A DNA stretch of 64,000 bases, taken from the NCBI GenBank assembly GCA_951406725.2, contig OX597825.1:39618001-39682000 (forward strand), read 5' to 3'. Positions 39,351-53,619 of the stretch are shown here, in pieces. Positions within the stretch are counted from its first letter, which is position 1. Each line of letters begins with the position of its first letter. This DNA comes from Octopus vulgaris. Lineage: Eukaryota. The notes beneath the pieces were generated by a model, which was not told the origin of the DNA, did no database searches, and saw only the letters and a program-made list of their open reading frames with translations. Position numbers and translations under genes: made by a program.

Positions 39351-40674
39351 AAGAAAACAAAATTACAATAGTTTACAAGGTACTTCACGCGCACGCATAC
39401 AAAGACAAATGCACGCACGTACACAAGCATAGATACTCATATAAGCCTATACACGAACGAACACAAAAATACACACGTGCACATACATACACTCACACAT
39501 ATAATGGCATTTTTTCTGTAGTTTCAGCTCAGAGCTGCCGCCATGCTGATGCACCGCCATTAAAAGTGACGATTGATGAGGATGAGATATATATATGTAT
39601 ATGAAGGAAATATATGACAAAATTCAATTAGAAATTCGTGAAATTTTGCTATATGGATTGAGGGAAGATAATGCACAAAATATATTCTACAACCAACATG
39701 CATATATCAAACTATGTTCATATCTTATTTCTGAAATATAAAGAACTCTAATCTTTTCTGGAAGGCTGCCTTTCATAGAATCAATATTTACCCGGAAAAC
39801 ATTGCGTAGAATTATGTTTACTTATATTTCAAATAAATACAGACAATAGAAAATGCAGCAGTATAGAATTTCTTTTTACTCACAGCAGCAACATTTGAAA
39901 AATGTCTTTATTTTGAAGCAATGATTTTATTTGGAAGCAAACAATTTATATAATTGTTGTATTAAAGTTTATTACATCTTGTTTTCTATGGTAGTTTTGT
40001 ATACCTGACATATCGCTTTGTGTCACTCGCAAATGAGACACTTATAGCAAAGCCAGCATCAAATATACAACATAAATATTGAGTGCTATAATACTAGAGG
40101 ACACTTCTTTCAATAATATATTTAAGCAATGAGTATAATTGTTTAAGCAATTTTCCCAGAATCTATGTGAGCAAAATATATTCAAGTATAATTGTTTTAG
40201 CTGGTAAGTTTCAAATATTTTGTTCGAAGTACGTTTGTTATCTATATGATATCCTGTACAATAGAATGGTTTGAGGAAATTAGAAAAAAGAAACAAATCC
40301 ACCCGTAATTTAATGGAGGACGTTTCCTTTCCTCGGGAATACATGAGAATTCATATATTTCATAGCTAGCGAAAACCTTCTGGCCAATACATAGTTTCCT
40401 ACATCAAATATAAATAAATCCTATATAAATAATTTAAACTAATGCATGATATTTACCGATGTACTTCATGGTAGAATCTGAAAATAATTTTTGAGGTCAA
40501 TATCATATCATATTGCTACGTACAATGAACATTACTTTGCATTTCAGGAATAATTGTTGTCCTTAGAATAATGTGTTTACCAATGAGTTACAAATAGGTT
40601 TTAAGTGATTGAGGGTATAAGCTCATTTATCTGACTGCACCAAGTTTTGCGCAATAAATAATACTCGAACATAA

Positions 40675-40895
40675 CTGCAGGCGTGGCGTTAAAAGGCGCT
40701 CGCATAACTGTAAAAAATTTCCTCCCAGCCACAGGCTTCCGGGTTCAGTCCACTGCGTGGCACCTTGGGCGAGTGACTTCTAATATATCCCTCGGCCGAA
40801 CAAAGCCTTGCGAGTGGATTTGGTAGTCGGAAACTGAAAGAAGTCCATCGTGTATATATGCGTGTATATATATATATATATATATATATACACTT

Positions 40896-40932
<37 letters not shown>

Positions 40933-41200
40933 CTTACATATTTATTTGAGTGTGTATGTGTGTGTGAGCGTGTGTGTGTCTTTGTCTCTGCGTCTGCCCT
41001 CCCTCTTCGTTTGACAACCGATGTCGGTGCGTTTACGTCCTCGTAACCTAGCAGTTCGGCTAAAGTGTATATAGAATAAGTGCTAGTCTGACAAATAATA
41101 AATTTTGGGATCGATTCATTCGACTAAAACCTTTTCGGGCGGTGTTCCAGCACGGTCGCAGTGAAATGACTGGAACAAGTCAAAGAGTAAAAGAATAAAA
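40675..41200 (+). mobile_element. tRNA-type SINE (family A), near full length
   Basis: Contains ttccgggttcagtccactgcgtggcaccttggg (B-box-like) and an internal (TA)/(TG) tract. The 3' tail is ggcggtgttccagcacggtcgcagtgaaatgactggaacaag followed by an A-rich end. Confidence 0.8.
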
Positions 41201-42199
41201 TAATATCGTCGAGACGTATTTAAATTTGTCGTAGCACACCTAAGTTTCATATCTTCTGCAACGCCTCACAAACGCAATACATTGGAAGTAAATTCGTTGA
41301 AATGATATTCACCGTAATAGGTATTGTCTATGAGAAGGGCTTGCAAGCATCATTTTCGTAACTAAATGCCAAAACAAAATTAACAAAGCGAATCATTTGA
41401 TCATTAGTATAAGCTCTACTGAAACGTTCATTTGTAAAGAAAGTAAACCTTTCTGTCTTAATCTGTTTACTCGCTAGAATGATATCGTTTTCTATAAAAT
41501 TTTTGCAATGGATTTAATATAATATGTTTTTGGATTTATATATTTTCTTGAGAATATTCTGCATCATATTTGTTTAGATAAATAGCAAATTAATTAAAAT
41601 ATTGGTTATAGCAGTACATGAGAAACTGTTTGCCGTTGCTACGGATGTAGCCTAGAATCTGTAAACGGTTGCCTAGTTCAACTAAGATGATTAAATCACT
41701 CAGTGGATGTAGTGACGGTTCGATATATTGTAAAGCCTGTGAATAATACAGGAACTAGTTACATTATGTACAGAGAAATGAAAACATTATTTTGTCCAAT
41801 ATAAGTTTTATAAGGCATTTATGTGTGGATTTTGGTAACCATGTCAGAAGGACTGCTATAAAAATAAGGTTTATTAAAAATGTTGTTGTATTTAAACACA
41901 CTCGATTAATTATATGCAGTGTAACGTCGCCTCAAAAGTGTTAAGTAAAATAGTTTTGACAAAACACATATATGTAACATAGGTCTAGTACTCTGCAGTA
42001 ACAATTGAAGTACCATATGAAGTGGGATCACTTTCTGACAGTTTCAGAAGTGACAAAACACTCATTAAAATATATAAGTGCGAATAATTATGTATACTGT
42101 GGGCAATGTTGCTTTTCTTTTAGTTACCAAGTTCTAAATTCCCTATAGGAGGGGATAGCAACTAGACACACACCAGGCATTCTATTCATTTGCCAGCTC

Positions 42200-45150
42200 A
42201 AAGAGGCAAGCTCCATCCTTTGTTCAGGTCAAAGCATAGAATGCAACCCCCGATATCAGCAGTGGGGCCGGGCAGCATATGCTGGTTTACCCCCGCCGCA
42301 TCATGATGGTTCCGTACCCCTTTGAGCAGCATCAATTCACTCGTCCGTCCAAAAGTACTTTCCAAGTTTTCCTCTGATTAATAAAATCTCTTGACTCTCT
42401 CACTCTAACACCTATAATCACCAAAGCTCTCCTCACTCCTTCCATCCACACAACATTTGTCTATACATTCTGCGATATAGATTTTCTCTCATTCCTGCTC
42501 GCCTTCTCATCTCTCATTCCGAATCCTGTCCATCCCTGTCACACCAACCACAACCCTCAAATATCTCATCTCAAACACATCTAGTCACCTCTTTTTCGCC
42601 TCTTTCAGACCCCACGTCTCTGCACCATATAACATTATCGTCACAATCACGTCCTCATACACACCTCTTTTCGCTTTCGTACTCAACTTTTCATCTCGTA
42701 ACATACCTTTCACAACTCCAAGTATCTTACTCCTCTCCTTCACTCTATATCCCACTTCCCCAGCCGTCGTGTGATTCCAGATACTTCAAAACACTCACTT
42801 CCTGTAACATTTCTCCATTTATACTCACATTCATCCGACCAGCCATTCCAGTTCTCGAACTTCTCATCACCCTACTCTTAACTACATTCACTTTCAGTTT
42901 CCTCCTCTCACACACTCTTTCAAACTCTGCCACCAATCTTCTCATTTGCTCTTCCGAATCCGCCACCAATGTTGTATCATCACCTGCCATTTCCCTCCAT
43001 TTTCTCCCACCATTCGGGCTCCCCTAACAAAGGTTCTAGCATAGACCTCTCTCACCACACCACTCATTTATAGATTAAACAGCCACAGAGGCATCACACA
43101 ACCCTGTATTAATCCTTTCACATCAAACTACTCACTTATTTCACTACCCAGCCTAGTGTACGCTTGCTTTCTCTATAGAAACTATACAGCTCTCAACAAT
43201 CTACCATCTACTCCCTACAACCACATTGTCGTATGCCTTCTCTTGGGCCATAAAGGCCCAATATATATCCCTCCCTTTTCTCCAAAACTTCTCACACATC
43301 TACCTTACTACAATTTTCTAATCTGTACATCCCACTCCCACACTGTTCCTCCCCTAGTACATTCTCTATATTGTTCCTCACCCTTACAATCAGAATTCTC
43401 CCTTACATTTTACCAACGATACATAACAGACTTACACCCCTGAAATTTTCACACTCACATTTATCCCCTTTTTCCCTTGTACAGTGGCACTATACAGGCA
43501 CTGCATCAGTTCTTTAGTACTCCTTCATCCATATTAGAATCATTCACAAGCTTCACTAACCTTTCAATCACTGTCACTCCTCCTTTCTTTAGGCATTCCA
43601 CTGTACACCTATCTATGCCTAGCGCCTTCCGGTTTGGTATCTTCCGCAAATATTCCCTCACCTTCTCCTTTTCAGTTGATCCGTAGTTACATTCCCCACC
43701 CATCAACAGACATCCCCCTCTTTCTTCCTACAGCCGTTATACTTGCATCCCTATCATTTAACAGCTCACTAACATACTCTGCTCATCTTTTTTGTTATCC
43801 TCACTTCCTTTCAACAAATTACCGTTTCTATCCTTTACCCCTACTTCTAATCCTCCAACCACATTATTTACCCTCTGTACCTCTTACCTATGTATCTCTT
43901 ACGCTCTGTACTTCTTTCTGAAAACATCTTTTTATTCATTACAAAATGTTTACTCAACTTTTTCCCGAACTTTTCACTCGCCTCCCATTTCGCCACCTTC
44001 ACATCTCCCTACACTCTACTCTTCACTTCTCTGTAACGATCATAAGTCTCTCCATCCCTTTTCTGCAACTACTCTTCAAAGGCCCATCCAACCACTTGTG
44101 TATAACATGCCTCAGAGGCACATCTAATTACTGCCTCTCTAAAGGTCTCCCACGTCTCCTCCACATCTCCTATCTCCCTTTTCCTAATCTGTTTATATTC
44201 ACCTCTCTAATTTCTCCACACACTCCATCTCCTTCTCTCTCCAATTAAGTTCACTCTCCTTCACAACCTCTCTCATCCCTGCCACTCATCTAGTATTCCA
44301 TTTTGAGCACACCTTGAATTTACCCTGTACTAAGCAGTGATCTGACACTCCTCCATCCTAACCTCTCATGACATGCACATCTACAAACCTTCCGACCACT
44401 CTCTTATTAATCAATACATAATCCATCAAGGCCCTATCCACTGCTGTTCCTCCCTCCACCTTCCACCAAATGAACTTGTTTTCCTCCCACTTTTTAAAAT
44501 GACTATTCCCCACCATCAACTCCAGCTCCATACACATTTCCAACAACCTCCCTCCATTCTCATTCCGACAAGGTACTCCACATCTTCCCGCTACATTTTC
44601 TTCTTTCTTATTTCCCACTCGCGCATTGAAATCACCCGGCACCACCGCTTAGTCACGTTTCCCCAGCCTATCGACACACTCTGTCAGTTCCTTTCACTCC
44701 ATGGATCATATGCACTAAAAAACATTCACTGCTCTCCTCCCCACCTCATCTTAACCCGCATTAACCTTGAAGGCAATTCCCCCAATCCACCACACTCTCC
44801 TGCACACGCTAACTCACCAGCAATGCCACTCCCTTACGATCACCCCTCCGCTCCCGATACTCGTCCAGTTACATCACGAAACTGGTATTCTCTCTTATCT
44901 TTCATCTTAGTTTCGCTTAGTGCAAGCACATCTATCCTTCTCATCATCATCACACTCCCTATCTCTCTCCTCTTTAGCTCACTTGTACTGCACCCACACA
45001 CATTCCGTGACCGTAGTACTAGGGTGGGATTTGGTGCTAACGTTCTCCAAACCCCTTTCTTGTTGTCATTTTAGCAACTTTTTACTGGGAGGAGTGAATT
45101 CCCAGTTCCTTTATACCTGACCCTTTTAGTCGCCACGCAAGGAATACGGT
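42200..45150 (-). mobile_element. RTE-clade LINE (APE + RT), degenerate, near full length
   Basis: APE motifs GDFNARVG, NENGGRLL and MDYVLI; KALGIDRCTVECLKKGG; QGCVMPLWLFNL; DDTTLVADSEE...LKVNVVKSRVM. Confidence 0.88.
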
Positions 45151-45679
45151 AACTGTAGTTGGGTTTGCTAGTTAACTCATAGTTGAGACCTTGTAGGTAG
45201 ACCTGGGAACAATAGTGGTTCCACAATCCTCAAACTCTGAAACCAGGGCCCCAGTGTCCTACTACCGGATGTAGTTTAGAGTCATATCCAGGACAACTCA
45301 TACCCAGGACAATGTATGTTAATATAATATATAATTAAGAATGTATCTTATCGCAATCGACTGAGAAAAATGGAGTAATTTTGCTATATTTCTGAAAAAG
45401 GACGTTATTAATATATTTAGGGCTATGACGTACACAATCGCGTCCTTTACGAATAGAAAAGAAACACATGAATGCCCGCGAGCGGTTTTCTGTATTCACC
45501 TTAGTCTTAGTGTTGACGCATTGCACACAAATCAACATATAGATAACTATATATCCTATAAACGAATATATGCTTGTGTAGAAGAATAGACAAAACGCTA
45601 TGCAGCATTGTTCTGTGAAATTGTTATTTTAAATACATGTATTTCTTTATGGGTACGTCTTAAAAAAAATACACAAAGC

Positions 45680-46070
45680 AAACACGTTAGCACGCCGGGC
45701 GAAACGCTTAGCGGTATTTTGTCTGCCGCTACGTTCTGAGTTCAAATTCTACCGAGGTCGACTTTGCCTTTCATCTTTTCGGGGTCGATTAAATAAGTAC
45801 CAGTTACGCACTGCGGTCGATGTAATCAACTTAATCCGTTTGTCTGTCCTTGTTTGTCCTCTCTGTGTTTAGCCACTTGTGGGTAGTAAAGAAATAGTAA
45901 TAGGTATTTCGTCTGTCTTCACTTTCTGAGTTCAAATTCCGCATGGATCGACTTTGCCTTTCATTCTTTCGGGGTCGATAGATTAAGAATCAGTTGCGTA
46001 CTGGAGTCGATCTAATTGACTGGGCCCTTCCCCCAAAATTTCGGGCCTTGTATCTTGAATAGAAAAGGTT
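45680..46070 (+). mobile_element. SINE family B, two modules
   Basis: Homologous to 8898-9525. Confidence 0.78.
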
Positions 46071-47560
46071 ATATATGAAATTGATAATTCGGTGTTCATA
46101 CGCCGAATTTATGAGGTTAGAAATTGGTTTTGCATGGTAATAATAATATTTTCTGCCATGCTTCAATAATAAACAAAATCAACAAATATTTTAACGTGAT
46201 AATGTGACTCGCAAATGTATAAAATGCTCAAAATTGAGAGTTAAGAATGTATATTTACCAGCTATATTAAGTGTAACAAAAGAGTAAAGAATAGGAATTA
46301 ACAAAAGTGAAACCATACACACGAAGTGTTAAGCATCAACATGTTTTGTATATTTGTATTAGAAGAATAAGAGAAAACAAGCCTACATTGTTATTTTATT
46401 ATTTCACTCTCTGTCCAGCATGTTTTTAGAATTAAATTAACATTAGACGCAACGGTATAAATATGTCCTCTGTACATAAGAATTCATGATTGTAAACGTT
46501 TAAGGAGATGGATAAACAAGGAAGAGAATTAAATTATGGCGATATTTCAATTAGTAATCATTAATTAGTAATTATATGGATGACGGTGTTTTGTGTTTAC
46601 TATAACCTGAGTTATTGTTCCTAGAATGAAACGTTGGTATAACAGCGAGATATTTGCTTTGATTCGTATAAATATTTACCCTGAACAATCGTTTTATCAA
46701 ACTCTACCTCTATGTAAACGAAACGTATAGAATATTATAGTCAAGTATTAATATATCTGAGCTCAGCGATGTAAAAAGTTTCAACACTTGATTTCAATAC
46801 ACATATATTTATAGAGTCTGAGCACTATTTCTGTATATCAATATACCATATGTTTATGTATATACTATATTTCACAGGGTCAATAATGCTCTCCTAAATA
46901 AACGTTACGTTTATACTACTTACACTTAACTCAGAAATAACAAAAAAAGTATCGGATTGAACGCATTCATTCATTCTGTTAAACGAATTTAATATTCTAA
47001 AGGTACAGAAAGTGAATGAAATGCAAGACTAGATCATTTATTATTTTTATATCATTTTAAACGATTTCCTCAACAAAATTACTTTGACTATGCAAATATA
47101 TATGCTTAACGGATGTATTCAAAATTATTTTCTTCCTGATATATGCGTCTACAAATTACATATCTAGTTACATATAACGCCTTACCTATAAATAAATAAA
47201 AATACTTTAAAATGTGTGAATATATGCTTTTCATCTAACTATATTCAATTGCATAACATTATATATAATATTGTACACCATATATTATTAGAAAATGAAA
47301 TAGTCTTATTTGATGAACAGACAATAAAATTACGTAAAAAAATATTCCGCACTTAGAAAGCTGGATATGGTAAAAACATATTTCTCATTTCTAGTATAGT
47401 ATATCTTTAAAAAGTACTAAATAAATGGCTGTTAAAGGGTTCATTCAAATATAGAGGAACGATACACAAAGCGAGTGAAGTGTTTAACAAATTCAGCATC
47501 GAAACCCAGAAAATAAGTATAAACTACTTAAAAAATATTGATTTCTCATAAAAAGACAAC

Positions 47561-47635
<75 letters not shown>

Positions 47636-48004
47636 GTATGTATGTATATATATTACACGGTATGATTTATAATATATCTATATTTATAAAGATTTCACCA
47701 TGACATAATATTTAGAAAATTTTTAATGGATGGGGAAAAAATAATGTATATACATACAGGCCACACACACACAAACACATACGCACACAATCACACACAC
47801 ACACACATATACATGCACACGTACGCCATATGCATTCACACACAAATATATGAAAATATTTACAAGCATCCATACATATATATGTATATACGTGTGTGTG
47901 CCGCTGTGTGTGTCTGTGTTATGTGCATTACGGTGAAATCATTTGAATGTTTATTAAAGATTACAGGTGAATACATACGCATATGTATAGTGAGAAGGCG
48001 TGTC

Positions 48005-48226
48005 TATATGATGAGAAGCTTGCTTCCGTTCTTCATGCTTACGAGTTCAGTCCAACTCCGGGTCACCTTGGGCAGGGTTATTCTTCTATAGCCTCGGGCC
48101 GACCAGATCCTTATTAATGGATTTGGTAGATTGAAACATATCACACACACACACGCACACGTGTCTATGTATCTTTCTATCTATATTTCTATCTATGCAT
48201 CTATCTCTTCTCTACTTATCTACCTA

Positions 48227-48268
<42 letters not shown>

Positions 48269-48490
48269 TGTGTCATTGTGTTTATGTTGTCCCCCTCTCA
48301 TATCGTTTGACAAACGGTGCTGATGTGTTTCGTTCCTTGTAACTTAGCGTTCGGCAAAAACAGAAGGATACAATAAGTCCTAGGCTTTAAAGAGAATATG
48401 TCCTGGGGTCGAGTTCTTCGAATAAAACCCTTCAAATCGGTGCTCAAGCTCACCCGCTGTCAATTGACTGAAATAAATAAAAAAATAAAA
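48005..48490 (+). mobile_element. tRNA-type SINE (family A), diverged
   Basis: gagttcagtccaactccgggtcaccttgggc...ttctatagcctcgggccgacc...ggatttggtaga, with the family A tail. Confidence 0.75.
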
Positions 48491-49636
48491 ATTAAAAGTA
48501 TATATGCAACTATAATAATCGATGTGCGGTTCGTACATACGATCCAAATTCAATCATGTTTTACCTGATCTTGCTTTTATTCTTCAAAACAGTAATTGTT
48601 TTCTATTGAGAAGTAAAATACCAGCACCCACGTCATTGATTGATGTGTTGGAAAATATCGCAGGAATACCCAGAGCTTTATTAGATGCGATCTATTATTT
48701 CAGATTCGGTCAACTTCAGCTAACGTGAACTAAATAACATTTTTACGCTAAATAGGTTAGTGTTTTTAATATTTCACATTATTTCTCACAACACATACTG
48801 TTGGTTACAAAGCTAAAATTGCTCTCCTTGAAGGCAGTAAAAGATTTTCCTGGGGAAATTCTACGCTAATAATAATATTTAGGTTTTCATAAATAACTTT
48901 AAATCTTAGTTCACTTGGACTTCGTATAATATATCCCACTCATTGCTCCTTTTAGCATTAGTAATATTTGTATCCTATTTCACTCCCCTTTCGTCATATT
49001 AACTTATATAGTTGCTATATTCAATCGAAAGTTTGTTTAATATTTTCAGTGTGCTTTCCCTTACTATATTCATATACTTAATTACTCAAATGCTTTCTTC
49101 ACTTTGAATTTTCTATTTGCAGAAAATATATTAAATGCCCTCTAAAATATATATTTCAGTCGTTGCTAATATCTATATTCATTTCGTCAATGGTCAATAG
49201 AATCACCTAAAAGATTAATTCATTTGCAAATATCATGACTGCCATCCATATACCCTCCTGTATGCGAACCGGCGACAATGTTACTCCACTTACTTTGTAT
49301 GGAGTACAGTTATGTATCTTTAAGAGAGTATATGTTAGTTATTTGCCTTGTGAAATAGCCCAAAAAAATATTATAGTAATTTGATTATAGGGCCCAAACA
49401 ATTTGGCAGCCGAGTAACATCTCTAAAAGTGCCTATAGACAATCTTTTCAATATTATCAAAAATACATTTTGCATTACTCAACAGTTCCTACGTGTATTA
49501 TATTTCGGTGTAACCTTGTTAATAATTGTGATATAAGGAAGAGAATATTTAACTCTCCTAGTGTTGGCTTCAAGATTTGGGCAGTTGCACTGGCAATTAT
49601 TTCTCTTATAACATTATCCTTATCAAAATCGAAATA

Positions 49637-49699
<63 letters not shown>

Positions 49700-49905
49700 T
49701 TTCTAAATCTCTTAGAGAGTTATGCAGTAGCAGTACGATAAAATGATTGTTTGGTGCCAACGTAATGTGGCAGTCACAGGAAAGGGAAGAATGCTACTGC
49801 TATTTAGCCCCAACAATTAATATAAGGGTTGCATTGTTCAATGAAATGGTGTTGCGTGAAAAGATCGTACTGTATCACTTCTGGATATCCTTGTTGCTTA
49901 TTTTG

Positions 49906-49960
<55 letters not shown>

Positions 49961-50015
49961 TTATATATATATATATAAATATATGTATGTATGTATATAT
50001 ATGTATATAAAAATA

Positions 50016-50137
50016 CAGTGTACATTTAAACACATAATAGATGTCCATAACAGGACATCTGACTCGCTAGAAAAAAGTAGTTAAACTACAACCCTATAAT
50101 AGTTGTAATAGACACTTATGTGCTTAAATGTACACTG
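50016..50137. mobile_element. Tiny Tc1-type MITE
   Basis: TA|CAGTGTACATTTAAACACATAA ... TTATGTGCTTAAATGTACACTG|TA. Confidence 0.7.
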
Positions 50138-50236
50138 TATTTTAATATGAATAATATATAGTCTATTGACTAGCTTTTTCTTCTCGCTAGACCACTGGTA
50201 GCAAAGACATTTTCTAAATTTTCCTGCCATCCTAAG

Positions 50237-50302
<66 letters not shown>

Positions 50303-51359
50303 TATATATAATATGCCTACGTTTATCTAAGTACAAACATAACAACATGTAAGAAATGGGCTATTTTCGCGTTACTCATAGCACCTGGAGCTATATACAA
50401 ATTTTGCTTTTGTACATGCGTATACTATATTCCAATATGTGAATGGGAGCTAGGATTTTCATAAGTTGATGATATGTGTGTCTGCGTGTTTATTTTCTTG
50501 CGAATGAGAAGCTGAATTTGATAGAATAGAAGATAAAAATTCCCCAACTTTACTTCAGTTGTCTATCATAACGTGCATTTTTTTTCAAAATCATATATCA
50601 ATGTAAATAAAAGTCTTAACAGATGAAAATATAAAAATTACATTTTATCTGATTTCAAGGTTGTAATTCTTTGATGTACACATGTCTTAACTACGTATTT
50701 AACTATACATTTAACTATGCATTTACTGTAAATGTCACGTTTGATTAATCATTGAAAATAATTGCAAGCGGAAATGGAAAAATACCTTGCAGAAGTAGGG
50801 CGTGTTTGCTGAAGGGTAGAAATTGAATTTAAATGCATCGTTCCGTATTAAGTTTGAAATTTTGCATGATAGGAAATAAAAGTGTACATATATTTGCCAT
50901 TTCCTAGATGCTCCTTCTGCTGTTGACAAATTTAAAGGAATGATTTCTTCCATTAATTGTATCAACAGATGTGGCATGTGTAAAATAATACTGCATATAC
51001 AAAATTCAATTTCCTGATTTTTGTTTTATGGAGCTTTTCATAATATTTCTTAGTGAGTAAGTACATATATGTTTGTGTGTGTTTCTGTGTAGGGGTTGAG
51101 TGTATAGGGATAAACTTATCCAAGCAGTTACCGTTGGAGCTGTCGGGTATATTCCAGGCAATCGCTAACCGCATTAAGTAATACTAAGCGTCAATAATCG
51201 CTAGATATTTGCAATCCCGCTGTAATTCTTACAGTGGATTAACTTAAGGTTCACATCCAGGGATTAGGAATATTATTGATGATGAATATATATTATTGAT
51301 GATGTATATGTCCCCGTATTCTCTATAAGTATCTAATATGTATGAACCATGTCTGTATG

Positions 51360-51363
51360 TCTG

Positions 51364-51449
<86 letters not shown>

Positions 51450-51507
51450 AATCTATCTATCTATCTATCTATCTACCTATCTAACTATCTATCTATCCAT
51501 CTTTCTT

Positions 51508-51572
<65 letters not shown>
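51360..51572. repeat. (CTAT)n microsatellite
   Basis: Directly visible. Confidence 0.95.
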
Positions 51573-51594
51573 ATATATATATATACAACAATTT

Positions 51595-52261
51595 ATCTTT
51601 CAATTTCAGAATTACTACTATTTAGCGGTTTGAGTTTGGCTGCTCTTTCTAGTGTGCCGAATGGCCCATTATGGCCATTCCTTATATTGTTGAATGTATA
51701 TTATATAGTCTTTGACTATCTTTTCTCTCTCACTAGACCGCTGGTAGGGGATAATTTTTTTCTAGAATTTTTTGCTACTCTTATATTTATTAATTAATGA
51801 TTTTTTGGCTAATTTTGAAATTAAATCGGCAGTTTATATTTGCTGCTGAGAAGACCGCGCGGTGGCTGTGGATTTTGAAGATTTAGAGCATATAGACTGG
51901 AGGCTACTTTACCATCGCCTCGTGGATATATACTCATCCTCGGCTTCTCTGCTGACGAGACACGGCAGTTGTAAATAAATTTAATTTAAATTAATTAATT
52001 TGTTTTCCAAAGTTTGTCGAAACTATGCATAGTCCAGAGATGAATGGGATAAACGTTTTTATTTCTCTTTCAATTTCAGAATTACAACTATTTAGCGGTT
52101 TGAGTTTGGCTGCTCTTTCTAGTGAGTCGAATGGCCTATTATGGCCATTCCTTATATTGTTGAATGTATATTATATAGTCTTTGACTATCTTTTCTTTCT
52201 CACTAGACCGGTGGTAGCGGATAATTTTTTCTAGAATTTTTTGCTACCCTTATATTTATTA

Positions 52262-52262
<1 letters not shown>
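51595..52262 (+). mobile_element. ~1.4 copies of a 470-bp hammerhead-bearing repeat (retrozyme-like)
   Basis: caatttcagaattac occurs at 51601 and 52071 (period 470). Homologous to 28991-31205 and flanked by (TA)n. Confidence 0.8.
51946..52040 (+). ncRNA. Type I hammerhead ribozyme, intact core
   Basis: TCTCTG-CTGACGA-GACA...TGTC-GAAA-CTATGCATAG-TC^CAGAGA. Confidence 0.88.
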
Positions 52263-52292
<30 letters not shown>

Positions 52293-52582
52293 AATGTATA
52301 TTATATAATTGTTGAATATTATATTATATTGTTGAATGTATATTATATAATTGTTGAAATTATAATTCATATCTCTCTATTTAATGCCTCGGATTTTACC
52401 GAAAAAAAGCATGTTGTTTGCTGATTTTAACCCACGCTGGTGGAAGGGGGAGAGCAGAAATTCTTCGCTTGCATGTTCGAATTTGCTGGCACTGTTAGTT
52501 TCGAGTAGATCTTCGGAGACGATGGGAAGCCGAAAAGGTATGCTCCTACTTTCAGTGTTTTCAAATCCAAACCAGGGAGTTC

Positions 52583-52634
52583 TGAGCTGATGATAGAAAT
52601 GTCTTTTTGACTAATCTTGAAACGTACGTTCTCA
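52583..52634 (+). ncRNA. Type I hammerhead motif (second family), copy 1
   Basis: TGAG-CTGATGA-tagaaatgtc ttttt gactaatctt-GAAA-CGTACG-TT^CTCA has palindromic helix III ACGTACGT and an imperfect helix II. Confidence 0.68.
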
Positions 52635-53140
52635 AATAACCTTTGCATTTGATTTTTTAATGTTTCTACCCTCATACTTTCGTGAGTTGAATTGAGCAAA
52701 CACTTTACGAGAGAGATTTTCTTTAAGTATTGGAAATAGTTTTTAAAAAAGTTTTTTTAGCTGCTATTTCTAATGAGTTCAGTATGCGGCAAAGTAATTT
52801 ATTTTACTAAGCCCTTTTATATAATGTAATAATTTGAATTCGCCTTAAATGGTCCCTTTGCATACTGAATACTTGGTGAAATTGATTAATTAATTAATTT
52901 TACCCTCAATTGTTGAAATTATAATTCATATCTCTCTATTTAATGCCTCGGATTTTACCGAAAAAAAGCATGTTGTTTGCTGATTTTAACCCACGCTGGT
53001 GGAAGGGGAGAGCAGAAATTCTTCGCTTGCATGTTCGAATTTGCTGGCACTGTTAGTTTCGAGTAGATCTTCGGAGACGATGGGAAGCCGAAAAGGTATG
53101 CTCCTACTTTCAGTGTTTTCAAATCCAAACCAGGGAGTTC

Positions 53141-53192
53141 TGAGCTGATGATAGAAATGTCTTTTTGACTAATCTTGAAACGTACGTTCTCA
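53141..53192 (+). ncRNA. Type I hammerhead motif (second family), copy 2
   Basis: Identical to 52583-52634. Confidence 0.68.
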
Positions 53193-53375
53193 AATAACCT
53201 TTGCATTTGATTTTTTAACGTTTCTACCCTCATACTTTCGTGAGTTGAATTGAGCAAACACTTTACGAGAGAGATTTTCTTTAAGTATTGGAAATAGTTT
53301 TTAAAAAAGTTTTTTTAGCTGCTATTTCTAATGAGTTCAGTATGCGGCAAAGTAATTTATTTTACTAAGCCCTTT

Positions 53376-53453
<78 letters not shown>

Positions 53454-53481
53454 TTGTGTGATTGTCTGTCTGTCTCTCTGT

Positions 53482-53540
<59 letters not shown>

Positions 53541-53619
53541 ATTCTGGAAAATTTCGGCGCTCAACCTCTCTGTTTCGTTAACCACTTAATTTTCCTATAA
53601 ATTGTTAATTAGTAGCCGG

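Larger units (their letters stand above)
52349..53384 (+). repeat. Near-perfect tandem repeat, 558-559-bp unit, ~1.85 copies, one hammerhead motif per unit
   Basis: 52349-52907 is repeated from 52908. I saw one G indel and one T/C difference. (TA)n-rich sequence lies on both sides. Confidence 0.9.

Noticed and set aside
52427-53257. Duplicated 90/100-aa minus-strand ORFs as a gene pair
   Set aside because: They have non-ATG starts and no recognisable domain, and an indel shifts the frame between copies. The tandem repeat explains them.
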